A stretch of 63,516 nt of DNA from Glycera tridactyla (GCA_965644265.1 OZ286469.1:41292001-41355516), one strand, 5' to 3'. Positions 24,516-40,094 are shown, numbered from the stretch's first letter. Translations and numbers: made by a program. The notes: generated from the letters alone by a model not told the origin.

Positions 24516-27186
24516 AGGCCAGTGAATAAATAAACGAGGGCACTGTGTTTGTCGAACAGAGAGACGGAGTCGGAGAGATGTTCGAAACATTAGGAGATGT
24601 GCTATGGGTGATTGCATTTTACTTCGTTCAGGTATCTTTGCTAAAGGTCGTGGATTCATAAGGTATCAGATGTGCTCCTTGTCTAATGCCACATTCACGG
24701 CACTTGGTATACACCTCATGAAGCCAGATTATTGTTCCTCATACTATGTCTTGTTGAACACCTATACAATTGGCAATATGTATTCTTCCTAAAAGAAATC
24801 CTCTCTCAGGTTTGTTTATTCAAGCTTGGAATCCATAGTTACCATTTAACCCTCAATTTAGGATATCCCCACGTCGGTAGGTCGCACGTTGACTAATCGG
24901 CATGTGGAAAGCTTAATTCGAGAGAGAAATGGTAGAGATAGACCATCTGTTACTTGAATAGACTTGATATTTCACATAATTGCTTCTTCTATAACCCCTC
25001 CTTCACAATCAATGATTCCATGTCCTATATACATTCAGGCTCACGCCGAGATGGGTTCACTTTCCTTTGCAAATAAAAACGAGAAGTCTGATAGAACCAT
25101 GGTCATGGATAATGTCACATCATCTCCGCATGAAATAATCGACCTGGGCAAGGCTTTCTGGCAAGTAGCAATTCAATGTTAGAAGGGCGAGTATGGATCT
25201 ATGGCTACAATGTATGGCTGATGTCCTTCACGCTGGTGATGTCTAGAATTAGGTACCTTGTTGTTTTCTCTGTAGTGTATGTGTGTATCGATGTAGTAGA
25301 AGAATGTGAATAATTGTTTTTTACACATTATATTTTATATCAGGTACATGGGTGAACAGAATAAAAGATTGGCCGAGGAACAAATCTTTGTCTTGGCATC
25401 CTGTTGTGCTCTAGTTGTATAAATATTACACTTCAGCTTCATCCGTTGAGAGTAGTGCTATCACATGTATGGCATTTCACCTTAATGAGGGAAGATTGTG
25501 AGCATGTGACCGACAAAGGGATAAGTCGCGACTTCATCATGACGCCCAGCACTATCAAATTGCGAAAAAACTTCAGTCCACATACATGTAAGACGATTCC
25601 CGAGTAAATTGCAACAAAAATAATTATGAATAATGCCCTCTGAATGGAAACTGACTCGTGATGTTTTCAGTTTCTACATCATCTAGTGAAGGTACAAACT
25701 CATTGTCAACAACTCTCCATTTTTCATCATTAAACTTTCATAGCCATAATGAGTCCCATAATGAGAGTCATATATGCCTCTCTCAACTAATGAAGCCCAT
25801 TTAAGCGCTGTCCATATATTAGAATTGCTCTTCACTTCGAAGAATTCGCTGACTTGATAAATTCCCCTCGCCATCCTACAACGCACTGTGACTGCTTCAA
25901 TGGTGATATGAAACAGAGGGGTATTGCTCGATGTTTTTTGTTTGTTATTTTTTTGATAAATATTCTTTATTTGAGTTCGTCTACTAAATTAATGGCCTAA
26001 TCATGGTATGGACGGATCCACAGCATTTGAAGATGAAAGGGCAAATTAAACGTATTGCTTCTTCAGTATACCACATTCCTGTGAGTGTGTTATATTTCTC
26101 CAAATTGGCTCTTGAGGGGTAGATATCACCAGGATTTGATGATGAAAGTCATGCATAAGGTTATAGATTAGCTCAGGAGATTTAAATATGGAAGGCATCG
26201 GGCTGCCCCAGACCCTCCTAGAACTGTTGCTATGGCAACGAATTCAATAGAATAAAACGCTGCTTTGACCCAGCGCAAGATCAATATAGATTGAGGAAAA
26301 CCACTTCTGCTACCACGATTTTCTGTTAGGTCTTGAGGGTCAAAAATGTCACATTTTAATTTGTTTTCGACGTGGATTTCCCCATTGTTTGCGAAAACAG
26401 CAATTCATAACGAATACATAGCCTATTTGAAAGTGTTCCGATGGCTGATCATCAAGCCCTCATAGCTGTACTTGTTGACATCAAATTGTATTTGAATCGA
26501 GCAGTGATGATCCTGCGCCAGGCCTGGATAGCCAAAATTCATTAGAATTTCTCATTCCGTTGCCATTGCCACGGATTCAAAAATTATGGATACTAACACA
26601 ATTCAAAATTATTTCTCTTCCGACATGCATGCCCTTCGAGAAAATGTTTGGTATTTCATGAATAATTCGAAAATAGAGGATACACGTCACAAGCCATTTA
26701 ATCTTTAATCGACATTTTCAAGAATCAGATAAAAGTGTTCCAATCACTTCAGAATCAACAGATACCCCTTCACAAATTACATGAAGTGATAGCATGCACA
26801 TGCCGTATATATCATTGACAAGGACACACAGAGTGGAGATTGCTGTTTACCTTGAAATAGAGTATGCTTGAAAAAACAGTTCACCTGACTTGTCACTCAA
26901 CTATCCCATGATCCCTCATTTTAATTGTCGTAACGACGCGTGTGCGAGTAATGCTTCCAATCATATTACGAGCAAATGAGATCATTCCGTGTCCTCACAT
27001 AAAGCAAGCTCAGTTGCTTCAATTTACCAACCAGTACCAATAATCTCAGCCAATGACGAAATATGTACACACGAACTGAATTGCATCGTTATTATTTCAA
27101 TTCACGTGATTCTCCGAATGACCACATGCACATACATTATTTTTGTGGTCCAGCCTAAAAACACTGTGGAGTCAAGTTTAGTCCCC

Positions 27187-27272
27187 CTCCTGCTCCTGCT
27201 CCTGCTCCTACTCCTCCTCCTCTTCCTCCTCCTCCTCATCATCATCATCATCATCATTATCATCATCATCAT
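27187..27272. repeat. (CTC/CTG)n(ATC)n microsatellite
   Basis: Directly visible. Confidence 0.9.
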
Positions 27273-27703
27273 CACCTTCAAAAGTGTGTTTTGCTTCCAT
27301 GACAGACCCTCTACAAATGGAAAAACACTGTNNNNNNNNNNNNNNNNNNNNNNNNNNNNNNNNNNNNNNNNNNNNNNNNNNNNNNNNNNNNNNNNNNNNN
27401 NNNNNNNNNNNNNNNNNNNNNNNNNNNNNNNNNNNNNNNNNNNNNNNNNNNNNNNNNNNNNNNNNNNNNNNNNNNNNNNNNNNNNNNNNNNNNNNNNNNN
27501 NNNNNNNNNNNNNNNNNNNNNNNNCTTCGCTTCCAAGACAGACCCCCTCCACAAATAGATCGTGAAGATGATGATGTTGGCAAGGTAGCACTCCCAATAA
27601 GGAGGATAGATATATCCTCATAAGGATCAGAGAGCAAGCCTAACCTATAAGGGGCACACGACGAGAGTTGGCAATTTGAGGTAGGCAATAATCGAGAGAA
27701 GGC

Positions 27704-28220
27704 CTTTGAAGATGGGAGGTCTGAGTGGTCCATTTATCATGTGTCTTCTATGGCTGCTGCCTCGCACCTCGTCTGAAGAGAAGAAAAAATCATAATTTCG
27801 ATTTCAAATCTAGATCAATTTATTCGGCTTACAATTCTACATGACTATATATCTGACCAAAGACTGAAACACGGTGATCTTTGAAGATGGGTGGTCAATA
27901 AGTCATGTGTTTCCAATTGCTGCGACCCTGTACGTCTTCTATCATCAAGGAAAATCATCATTTTGATTTCGAATCTAGAATAATTTACCCGGCTTACAAT
28001 ATTACTTGACAACATACATGACCAGGGACTGAAATGTGATGGTCCTTAAAGATAGGATGTCGGAGTGGTCCATTTATCATGCGTCTTCCATGGATGCAGG
28101 CTTTCCCCTCATCTATAGCACAAAAATATCATAATTCCGATCTCAAATTTTACTTTTCCGGTACACAATCCCCCGTGAGTTCATACCAAATATGTGACCA
28201 GAATATAATGAAATCTTTCT
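27704..28220. repeat. Old diverged ~170-190-bp tandem repeat, ~3 copies
   Basis: Recurring aaaatcat(a/c)att(t)cgat(t)tc(a/g)aat, cggcttacaat, tgacca..gactgaaa, t(g/a)aagat(g/a)gg and gagtggtccatttatcatg(t/c)gtcttc(t/c)atgg. Confidence 0.7.
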
Positions 28221-29143
28221 CAGACATCAGTGGAAGGGAAGGTAGGGATTATTTGTGGGCGCTTATTGGACAATCAATAGATGCATGTCCGTGAAGGCAT
28301 GAGGGTGCTCTTGCAGCCATTCATATGATGAACAAATCGAATCTGAAGTTCGGCTTCTCGGAAATAGTATTGGCTGATGATGAAGAAATGGATCACCAAC
28401 GATCGGTAGTTGCTCATAGAATGGAGATTCAATCATATAAAATCTGGACAGCCCTGTCAGTAATGATCATACATGCGGTGAATCATATTCAAGTATCAAA
28501 ATGCAACCATCCCTGAAAAGATATTTATATACGATGTCCATATGATTTTCTGCATTGCCAAAATGTTGATATCATTTCAAATCTACCTGACCTCTGTGGA
28601 ACGAAATGCTTGTCGTTCAGCATGATGAAGAGGTTTGATAAAGTCATCACAATTGTCCAGTCGTCAGACCACGCGGATCATTGGATTATCTCAACTGAGA
28701 CATGCTTTGTCTTAATATGAACTTTCATATGCAAATTCTTGAGGACAAAATGTTCTCATAGTGCATTGTTAGAAATGTTGGCTAGATATGTTCCAGATAA
28801 TGTGCGTTCTCGCTATGGCTGGCTTCAACTTCATACCTAAGAGTGGTAATCATCTCACCAGAAATCATCACTGGACAGACTTTAGAGGATATCGAAAAAT
28901 CCTGAAGTGTCTGCATGGAACCAGGGTTCCTTCTATGGTGGAGTGGCTATAATACCTTCTATCACCAGTCGCTGAACGGCTGCGCAATCAGCATTCCTTT
29001 GAGACAAACATGGTGAAAGAAGCATCGGGAAGTGTCAACAGAAGGACGATCAAGGGAGCCTTTCATGCCGGCGTGAAGAGCATTCTCAATGAGAACAGTA
29101 ATTACTCCATTAATTATCCATGTTCACAATCGGCTTCTGGATC

Positions 29144-29261
29144 GCTGGCTACTGAAAGCTATCAACTTGACTGCTAATCTACGCTTAACCCTGGTGTAGA
29201 TTGCTGGCTACTGAAAGCTATCAACTTGACTGCTAATCTATGGTTAACCCTGGTGTAGATT
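29144..29261. repeat. 59-bp tandem duplication
   Basis: gctggctactgaaagctatcaacttgactgctaatcta...ttaaccctggtgtagatt twice. Confidence 0.9.
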
Positions 29262-32200
29262 ATGTCAAAGTTACATCGCCTTGGACATTCTCGGAAGTAA
29301 TCCCCTTGAAATCCCGCGAAATCGTCTTGCCTACAAGGTGGCAATGGATCAGATTCCAAGACAATCTGGATTGAACAACGCCGAGAATCATCAGTGAACA
29401 ATTCTATGTACCTGATCAATCGTGATACTTCAATATTTGGAGTCAGTCTGATAAATCTTCCTTCACATATGATGGTATCCTAGTCAGATACATATTGAGA
29501 CTTACTTCTCATTACTCACATAACGTTCAGCTTTCACGCTGAAGTATCCCATTATTGAGACACTAAGATGATTCGATGTAATTGATTCGCATATGATGGG
29601 AAAAATGATCATGTCAGTCATCNNNNNNNNNNNNNNNNNNNNNNNNNNNNNNNNNNNNNNNNNNNNNNNNNNNNNNNNNNNNNNNNNNNNNNNNNNNNNN
29701 NNNNNNNNNNNNNNNNNNNNNNNNNNNNNNNNNNNNNNNNNNNNNNNNNNNNNNNNNNNNNNNNNNNNNNNNNNNNNNNNNNNNNNNNNNNNNNNNNNCC
29801 ACCACTGTCATCGGCATACCTTGTCTTAGTTACAACTACATGTCACCACCAAAACTATCATCATCAGTATCATCGATGCTTGGCATAGATGAGCTCTATA
29901 GGAGTAAATTACGGCGATATCATCCTCTAGAAGAATAATTCATACGCTGGACGTCTAGGCTCCCATAAATTAAAGACACAAATCGCTTGGGACATTCACC
30001 TTGAAGTGTTCCCAATGAGGATAATGCGGCGTAGGTGTAGCACCATTCTTCTCTTTTCCTTGGCGGCCTTTTGTGTGGAGGCCCGATCAAATAAATTATA
30101 CACCATAAACTGCCCATACTCTGCCCTCGGGCATTTTCTGCAGGATCCAAACAATTAATTGTCTTGTTCCTCATACGATTTTTATCCCCTAAACTCCTTC
30201 GTGATTCTCTCTTTCAATGACCTCATCTGTTGCTTGCTGGTGGGTTGTATGTAGCAGATGTTGTCATCATGCATAAAATGGGTACCAGACTGACCAGCAT
30301 CGGGTGACTATAGCAGGGACAAGATCTATTAGGGATGTTCGATGGTACTGTACTCTATAGAAAAGGCACCCGCCATTGCGACGCATTCTAATGTTGACAG
30401 TTCATGATAGAAGGCATTGATTTGGCATATCCGGATTACATGTATCTATTTCAAGTACTACACTTTGCTATGGACGCATCGCTATCACAATTGGGTGTCT
30501 GCTTCCAGTCGGTGACATCGTCAAATATGCCACCATTCGGTCCATGTTCAGTTTGAACAGGTGAGCGTGTGGTTGGAATGGCAGCTAGTATCTCCTGACA
30601 ACTTCCCTGGGTCTGCATCACATTCTGGTCTCGGTGTATGAAATTGTCGCTTGCAAGTTACAGAGCATTTCGCTGTTATAGACAAGAAACACTCAACATA
30701 CATAAATCACTTGATGGTAAGGACATAAAACCCCGACTACACCAAGACAATATTTACATTCCCCCACAGACGTCATATGAATCTCAAGGCTTTGTAAGAA
30801 TTAGCGATGGGATTATCAATTTCGGTAAAACGGATATCTGCATATGAAGAATTTATCTCTCTAACGTATGTGTATCGATTTCTAGATCCAAAGTGCCTGT
30901 ACCGGTGGAATATGAAAGCTATATCACACCGTCGGGACCTGTTCGGGTATCTGCCATGAATCTGGCTCATGTTCCAAAGGGTCGTAATTTGGATGGTTTA
31001 TGTACAATAGCTAACGTTCGCGAGCCACTACTGAAGTCTGTCAACTTCAATCGTGGCGGGTACGTTTTTCGCCCTAGCAGCTTGAATTTGTCTCGGATTG
31101 AGATGAGACTGACTGACATACAATGTTTACATCTCCGATGACTAGAAATGTAATCTCGGCGAGGTTCTCTTGCATATCTCACCATAGAACGCCAGATATG
31201 TCAATTTCACGCTGGTTTCGCGGCGTGTGCGGCGGCCGTATCTCCATTGTTTCATGTAAAAATGCAATGAAATGATGGCACATTCCTCTTCTAAAGCATA
31301 CACACCACCCGCGACTAGATTCGATAATCGCCGGAAGACCTGTACAATCTATTCGTGCAATTGAAGTCAAATCAGACGATAATTGACGAAATTAGTGCCA
31401 CATTTGGATTTGACAGAGTTTACAACATATCCACTAAGGGAAAGTCTCGCAGGAGAATCAATATATTCATAAGTTGGGTTGAAGTCATCAACATTTATCA
31501 CCATGCAGACCAGTGCTCATCCTCTGCCTGGAGGGATGATTTTGGGATCCCATACAGTACATAAAACAAGAGTATGAATATGTGTTTTATTGCCCAATAG
31601 ACGCAGTACTGTTATTTCTATATTGCCGAATAAGTTGGTTTCATGTTTCTCAAGAGAACATGGAAATACCTAATCCATACTGACTGCTAGTGTGCCTGAT
31701 TTCAACTTCCGATGGGTATGACATGTTTGTTTTGTATAAGGCATTGGAACCTTTAGGTGGCATATAATCCAACCCTCTGACTGGTAGTCGATCTGTGAAA
31801 CAGCCAAAAAGTATGGAACTTTTTGATGAAAAATCATCATGCAGGAGATAGGTGATTATGCTATGATGTAAAAAAATCCTTTTCTGAGGCATGTTAGAAG
31901 CACAAGGAAGAATATCTATCTGGAATTGCTATAGTAAGAATATATGGCTGTGAAGTAAAACCGCGACACCAAACAATGTATGACTTTCACCATGTGCCAC
32001 GAGGCCGGACATGCGGGGAAATTCACACTGAGTTTTGTTATTGCGTATTTACCTCACGGCTATATAATTCTTCTTTTATTACATGGATCAGGAAAGAAAT
32101 CATCAAAAGGTAGTTCTCACTCAGCTGTGAAATATCACACGCATACTCAACACCTGATACTTCACTGAAAATGCCACATTCATGCGATGAAATCAGGTTT

Positions 32201-33750
32201 CAGTCAGGTCGTCGATTATGTGACTTGCTGTACAATTTAAGTTTCAATCATACTTACTTTCTATTATCTTTCGAAGCTCAAGTTCACTGACAGATGTAGT
32301 ACATCCTCATTCTGATTGGCAGTGAGCACTCTTGCTACCTGCCCGAGCTCTGTCTTGGCATGTGTTCACCCTTGTGCATTATTCAGCGAGTCCCTTACTT
32401 TGACATTCTGTATCGAGACATATTAGGGGCCGAGGATTGTGAGAGCCGAGTGTATATTATGCATCCACTTCAGATTTGAACGTAATGAATATTTTTCCCC
32501 AATGTGCAATATTCAGTATCCAATATCTATCGATTTACTCAACCTATATTCATTTATTATGCACTATGGAATCTTTCTTCTAATTATTTATCTCACGTTA
32601 ATTTCCATACAATTGTATTTTTTGTGTTATGTTCCTATTTCGTATATCATATTGTGCACTTGAGCATGTTATTTGACCATGTTAATGCTACTGCGAAAAA
32701 GTTCTTTTCAAATCTTTGTTCAGAGTTGGCCTAGGTCGATCCATATCAAGGAGCAAACAGTAGCCTATTCTCCGTAATGTTTTAATCTAAAACCGAAATT
32801 GTGAGAGAATATGTCCTTATTTCCACTTTTTCGGCTAACAACAATGCCAACAGCAATGTCTGAATATCATACCACCCATTCAGTTTGCATGTCACGTCCC
32901 AGCCTCCAATCCATATCTGCGACGGGATCCTCTCCATGAGCAGCATGCAAGCCACGACTATCTGTCAATAGATGCAACGAGTCGAAAAGATGCTGCTTGG
33001 ATAATTTATTTTTACATGACTGGTATCAAACCTCATCCCAGGAAGTCATGAGGTAGTTTTCCTGCTTTTAATCATTCACAGAACACGTGCAAATTTGGGT
33101 CGAACCAAGTAGATCTTACAGTGAAGATCTCGGGATCAAGTCCTTATCCAATTTAGGAATTCCAGAGGACGCATCCCAAGATTTCTATCAGATTTTACCA
33201 AACGTCTGTCAATACATCCTGCTTCATCAATGAAGTTATGACATCAGGATGTTATACTCGTATCAGTGATGAATCGGCCTGTGGGCGTCAGAGGTGAACA
33301 TGTGACAGTATTATGTCATTATCTACATGTGGCTAGGTGTTGCGGTGGAATGGCAGATGTGAGCTCTAGTCCATAACAGACTACATGTGCCTGTGTTACA
33401 AACGGCAGACTCTTGTATGGTTTCATGAAATCCCAGGGGATCCACGCTGAGAGTTAACACTTGGAAATTCCGACACTGGTATAGTGTGGGAGGTGGGAGT
33501 ATTCAAATTTAACCAAGCGAATTCGAGTATGCTGCGAGGGTGTTCCAAACCTCAGTATTGTTTCCTGGATTGCATATATTTTCTTGGTGTTTTTTTAGGT
33601 TTGCGTTTAAAATCAGACCAAATCTTTTGGAAGATGCGTTCCTTGGGTAGCCATTCATCATCAGTTCTGAGATGCTATCAATCAGGAAACACCCCAAAAT
33701 AGACGATACATTGAGGCAATCCATATGATAAAACTATGAGTGGCCACTAC

Positions 33751-33783
<33 letters not shown>

Positions 33784-34537
33784 GGCCTTTCCTTTTGTCT
33801 GTCTATCTGTCTGTCTCCTCCGGTCGATATCCTTGGAATTCTCCCCAGTCTTCTTATCCATCGTTTTGTTCTCCTTTTTCCACAGCTATATTTAATGGCA
33901 GACTCAAATTACCGGTATCGATTAACAAAAATATGGATCAGCATTTTATTATCGATCTCATGATCTGACAAACTATCGATTCACCCCCAATGCTTCGAGT
34001 TGGACTTTCCCTTGCAATATCAAGAATAATGATTTCCGGAGCAAAAGAACATGTTTTGCCAGTGTTGTTGGTGTTCGCTAATGCCTGCAAGAGACGTTAG
34101 CATGACCGTACATTCAATACATCTCCTACTAATCAGGATCATGGCAAGCCGAATACAAGAAGGCTGGAATGTTCAACACTCGTCAAGTTGAATAGTTATG
34201 TCACCTGGCACACACTTCGGCTCACCCACTGAAACATCACTTTCGCATTCAGAGACATGCGTGAACCGCGGTATTTATACAGACCTCAGTTGACAATGTA
34301 TAGTATGCTTATTTACACGGTCACATGTTTATTTGCACTACTTCGAAGCACATCTCCAAGGGTTGGAAATACCTGAGCATCTTGGCTAATGGTTTGTTGA
34401 AAAAATAAGTTGTCGAGGTTCAGAGGGTCTGCTTCCTAGAATTGTAGAAACTATGGCAACGGACATTCCTGGGCCATAATACAGAAACATTAGTTTTCCT
34501 ATACTGGGGGGAAAATTACCGAGGTTGTGTCCACTGT

Positions 34538-34720
34538 TGCTACTACTACTACAACTACTACTACTTCTTCTACTACTACTGATACTACTAATATTACTAC
34601 TACTACAACTACTACTACTTCTACTACTACTACCCCTACTATTACTACTACTACTACTACTACTACTACCACTCTACCCCATTACGAATATTGCAACTAC
34701 TTTCACTACCACCACTAATA
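34538..34720. repeat. (ACT)n microsatellite
   Basis: Directly visible; source of the poly-Thr and poly-Leu ORFs. Confidence 0.92.
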
Positions 34721-35609
34721 GCACTATCGCTATTTACATCAAATGAGAAGTGACATTAAAGTGACATCGAACAAAGATGAATGGAAAAGAATGGGGAAGA
34801 AAAGAAGTGAGAGGATCAGTACTGATCGGCTACAATACTCAGATTATGGATGAACGTGAGTTGAACAACAGGTATTGTAGTCTTTATAGGTCATGCCATA
34901 TGACCTATTCTTGGTTGTCTGCAGATCTTATCATTTCCAGCAGAACCAAGGATAGAAGTCAAGCATCGAGCATCAGCTGAGAACTTATTTCAGAGGGTTT
35001 GCTCCTCTTCTGCGCAAACGATCACCAGTCTTATATAATCTAGTTTTTGGGAATATTTACTGTCCACTTGACCCAGAGCGTGTGCTAAGATGGAAGGTGC
35101 TCAACAATGATAGTTTATATTGTTCAGAACAATACCCATTTGTTCCGCATTGAGCAGTACTCAATGTAGTAATGGATAGGGTACTATTAACAGTCCCAAA
35201 AGAGATGATTGGGGTCACACGTATCTTCAGTGAGTAAAGGGTATGTTTATGGCTGAGTATTTGTCACAGCCTTTTCAAGAGACCTAACCTAGATTTCACG
35301 ATGCTCGCTAGGTACTCAATGTGTTTGGCAAAGCACTGGTTGAAATTCAAGCATAGACTGAGATATTCGAATTTGTTCACTCTCTCAAATGCTATCATTC
35401 ACTCCTACAAGTTTTCTAAGAGAACCGGAGAACATACTCTTCGATTTCTTCTCGTTGAGACTCAATTTTTCAAGGAAAGCCACGCACGAATCTCATCCAT
35501 GTAGTTCTCTAGATATTCAAGCACCTCATGGTTTGTGTAACCGCCAGTCAAAACTATGGTATGGCCTGCGTAAATAAATACCTAGAAGTACTTGTTGTAC
35601 ACGCTGTAA

Positions 35610-35645
<36 letters not shown>

Positions 35646-35715
35646 TAGTAATGGCAGTAGGTGGTGGTGGGATACGACATGTGAGCACCATCTAGGATAC
35701 ATTTCGATGCTCGTG

Positions 35716-36082
35716 CTTTCAACTTGGGTGATATCATTCAGGATTCCTTCCTCGTGTGTCCCAAACGGAAGTTAAGATGACAGTAAGAATACGTCTCCAC
35801 CTAGCATATGAACGATAGATGTACTCGCTTGTAAACACGAGCTCCATTGTAAGACATGACCATCGTGTCCAACACAAGACAGTAGATATGTTTATCGCAG
35901 GTCAATGGGTTTCTCTCGAACGCACATAAAGATGCCAATCCAATATATGTACCCATTTCTACCAAGGAGGAGAGTCAGTGGAGGTTAGTGTAGTAATGAG
36001 CTTCGAAATGATATCGCACCAAGGGTCAGTGTCAGCCCGGACTATGATACCACTTGCTATGACAACATGATGCAGCATGTCT
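35716..36082 (+). mobile_element. Possible further L2-like RT relic
   Basis: Fragments QLGDII, DDSK-YVS, HKTVDMFIAG and DNMMQHV appear in L2-like order but are very decayed. Confidence 0.28.
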
Positions 36083-36685
36083 AATTTAACGTATATGTCA
36101 GGTCGGATACCCTATTATATTGAATTTAATAGGGGACGTCATCAAACATTCTCCAATAAACGATGGTGGAGTTCATGCAAATATTGGATTTTACATCATT
36201 CCTAGAACTGGTCTGAAATAATTCGTGAGATATGATTCAATCAATTGGCAGCTCGGATTTTGACCATGACGAAATAGAAACGTGGTGTCGAGAGTTAATT
36301 TCACTTCCTTGTCTGGGAATTGGAAATGAATGCAAATGCAGTACTTCACATTCTGGATTCTTCATTAAGTCCATTTGACATCACAATTACATACTCTGGC
36401 AGGCATCTTTTACAATCACAATCATACACACGCAAACACACACACACATGCACACACATTGGATGAGCGCTACACTTACCAATACTGCGCGAAGCACTCA
36501 TTCCGACTTGGGTACAGTGACATGGTAATATGAAGAGATTTGAACTGTGTAAAGAGATTTGAACTGTGTATCTCAACACAGAAGTGCCATCCGTGTGAGC
36601 AACGTTTATCACATAGATCTACAGAATGTGAGAATGGGCAACATTTTCATGTCTCTCTGTTGTTCATTATATCTGCACATGCCAT

Positions 36686-36686
36686 G

Positions 36687-36724
<38 letters not shown>
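36686..36724. repeat. (GTT)n microsatellite
   Basis: Directly visible. Confidence 0.92.
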
Positions 36725-36725
<1 letters not shown>

Positions 36726-37504
36726 AGCACCATATCACCATCTCGCATTCGGGAGATGTCGTTCCGATTGATTTGCAGTGGGGTATTCTCGTATTTATGC
36801 TATGGGTATGTGAAGGCAATGTAAATTGTCCTTATCTATCCTTCAACCGAAACTTCAGAAATTCAGGTCAGGCTGATATGAAGTCTTATGTACATGAAAA
36901 TGCATGGATGCATGATGCCCATAACAGGCTACATCGAATTTGAATCAGATTACTACTGTGATCATCCCTAATTATGCACATTTGAAGGAGGTTTCCATTA
37001 GGGGCACTTGCATCTTATCCCCTGAAACTGAAGACAGGTCAGCTTACACAAGCGAGTATGGTGATTGAGGACGTTATCGCATCAGATCTGTCTTCCTGAC
37101 ACGGAGAAGACAGTTGATTAAATCCAGTCTGATTTGATTTATCTTCGGTTACATCCGTGGATGCGTTCCTGGCCACCACCATCTCTATTTGTTAGTGATA
37201 TCGGTGAGACGAGATGTCATTCTTAGAATTTATACTGATGATCACAAAAGCAATTTGTGGGGATACAGTGTGCATGAAAGTCAATGATGTCAACAGAAAC
37301 CGGAAAGAAAAGCAACATTGTCCAAGGACTTTCTTTCAAACGTATGTCACATGATTCAATCGAATAATCATTTCTCGGTTGGATAATTGTATTGAAATGA
37401 TTGCAAATCCCATACATACAGAGCAATGGTTTCTCCGGGTTGAAATGAAATGATATCACACATTATCTATTATCAAATTTTCATGCATGTTTCCAGGATA
37501 TCAT

Positions 37505-37707
37505 GCAGGACAGTCCTTGAACAGGGTACCTCAGTTGAATCATCATACATATGAATATATTGACCGTTTTATGAAGAATTAGATGTGAGAGGTCAGTGTT
37601 CATGAAAAATTCAGCAGGACAGTCCTTAAACAGGGTACCTCAGTTGAATCATCATACATATAAATATATTGACCGTTTTATGAAGCATTAGATGTGAGAG
37701 GTCAGTG
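37505..37707. repeat. 109-bp-period tandem duplication
   Basis: gcaggacagtcctt...agatgtgagaggtcagtg at 37505 and 37614. Confidence 0.9.
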
Positions 37708-40094
37708 AAAAATTCGGCTTCAAATATTGCCATAGCCGATCATACCTGATCCCGAGAATATACAATTTGATGCGAGCCATGGGTTGTCATGCAGGTGCCT
37801 CGACGGTCGAGTCAATCGAGTACCATCCTGGAGAACAGAACATCAAATGGCCTGCGATGTAACCAGAACCAAGCTGGCCAGGGGAGAATAGCACCAAAGG
37901 CTGATATCAAAGGGATGGCTGCACAAAAGCCACCGATTCTGGTGAAGGTCACTGCCAGTTGGGAGCTCAAACCTATTTCATCCATCGATCACTGGGGTGT
38001 CAAATCGAATTCCACCATTAGCTGGCCTAGTAGAAAGACTTGTGTGATCAGAAATTATGTGGTAGGAGATATGAAAAGAAATGATGCAATCTATCTCCAC
38101 GGTGATATGCATGTCCTAGTGAGTCAGATATCTGGTACATATGCTTCACTTTCACAATTATCTATGGTTGTACTATGGCATTGAATCGACTATATGATGC
38201 AAAAAGGTCTACGTCTTCTATCACGTGTTCAATATCTTAATGGGCTACATGTCTGTGATGGTGGTTTTTTATATATTACACAACTGAACTACAGTCAGAA
38301 TACTTTTAGGATAATTGAACTGTATGCAGAACATTCTCCGATAATTAGAATGGAACTTTCTGTAGAGTGTTCGCTCTGGTTTATCTCCAGATGTCGAAAT
38401 CTGGGCGATAATCTGGGAATTGTCAATGGACAGCATATGATCTACAGGCAGTCGTACTTTGCTTGCATATCAGGTACAAGGTACTTCCTGATTCCCGAGC
38501 ATCTTGTGATCAGGGTTTGCTTGTGTGATGCCAACGAGAGCAGGAGCATGCAGCTTTCTTGGATCAGGAACACATGGCATATACAGTCGTTCAGGTCGAT
38601 GCAAGTCGTTGAACACACCACCCAATCCACCATTCCACCATCTGGTATGAATTCACAATCATATTCTCGCTCAACGCTTCACCAAATATAGGTGGTATCG
38701 AAAGCTCATAGGACCTCGATGAATGAAGATGAAGGTGAACACCCAGAAAATCCAAATCACTGAGTACTCTTCATACGCAGAATCCACTCGATATCAACTT
38801 AGTATGCGATATTGTTAACAAACACAATCAATTCGATATCATACATCTTTCAATGGTCGATGATGCTCACCTGAGGTAGGAGTAGCTATGCAATTGAAAT
38901 GCCACGAAAATCCTGTCGAGGAGTGAGCCAAAAAAATGTACTTCTTCGCAGCAATCGAAATACCATGCAGTGAGTATGCTGCCATTAAAGGGCCGTACCA
39001 ATTGTGAAAAGGAGGGTGAAAATTGATCATGCATAAAGGCTATGATCCTCAGGGGCTCATGCAAACAGCTCACATGACAGGAGATGAATAAGAAATAATC
39101 AATCAAATGAGCGAAAAATACAGGCACACATACAAGACATGTAGGAAAAGATCGATTCAGTCTAACTGCCATGGCTGGATGAGCATGTATCGGTTCACGA
39201 TTTCGCTGCCCAGCGGATAGGTGGCCCTATAGATATGTATGTGCGATGTAATATCGTCATGTATTGCCTATAAGTTGTTAAGTGCAGAGCAGTATGAGGT
39301 TGAGATAAGTCTCCGACTCATCTCATATAGAATGAAGTTTTTGAAGCCTTTTAAGCCTATGTGGCATTTTGGGTTGAGACAGTAATACGATATAGGAAGA
39401 ACATATACATTTCATCGATGACCGTGCTATCGATGACGCGGGTACACAATTAGCTGGAAGGATGACATTCTATGCCATCATCGGCTATATCTATGTCGAA
39501 ACACGGTGCAAACCTCGCGATGAAAAAAACATTTCCAAATCGGAACAAGTTCATTCTCACATAGCAACCGTTCATCTAGTTCACCCCCCCCCCCCCTCGC
39601 GATGTATCCAGTCTCATCACAGCATAAAGGAGGAGAGTCCTTCATCTGGTTATGAGTATGATGAATTATCGAGAAATTGAAGAACACACCATGCTTTTGA
39701 CGCATGTGGAATTGTAAAGATTGTGAATATTTGAGAGCATGAAATATACGACTATAAACAAGAGTTTGGACCTTTGACACATGTGTGGATAGCTTGTTCT
39801 TAAGCTAATGTAGTCGAGAGACTACGCCTGTACAGAGACAAAACGCCTGCACACAGAAACTTTGGCAACCTCCAGACTATTTCATGTAAGGCATTTATTC
39901 GTGCCATTAAAGATTGTCATAATTATAAAGAAAAAGTAAAACAGTAACTTTATTTTCGTGACCAAAAATAAACATATATACAATATAGTTTCCTGAGTGA
40001 TTCAATAATATATACTGTCCAGACGATTAATTCTGAGGTCATTTCTGAGGTCACTTGGTTGTCTAAGTGCTGTCCAAGTGCTGTAGGCAATTGT

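Noticed and set aside
30331-30420. GMFDGT...HSNV resembling a Harbinger DDE motif
   Set aside because: Too short, interrupted by stops, and no downstream motifs.
37789-38691. Two adjacent 131- and 165-aa ORFs
   Set aside because: No recognisable domain or coding-like composition; lengths are within chance for this much sequence.
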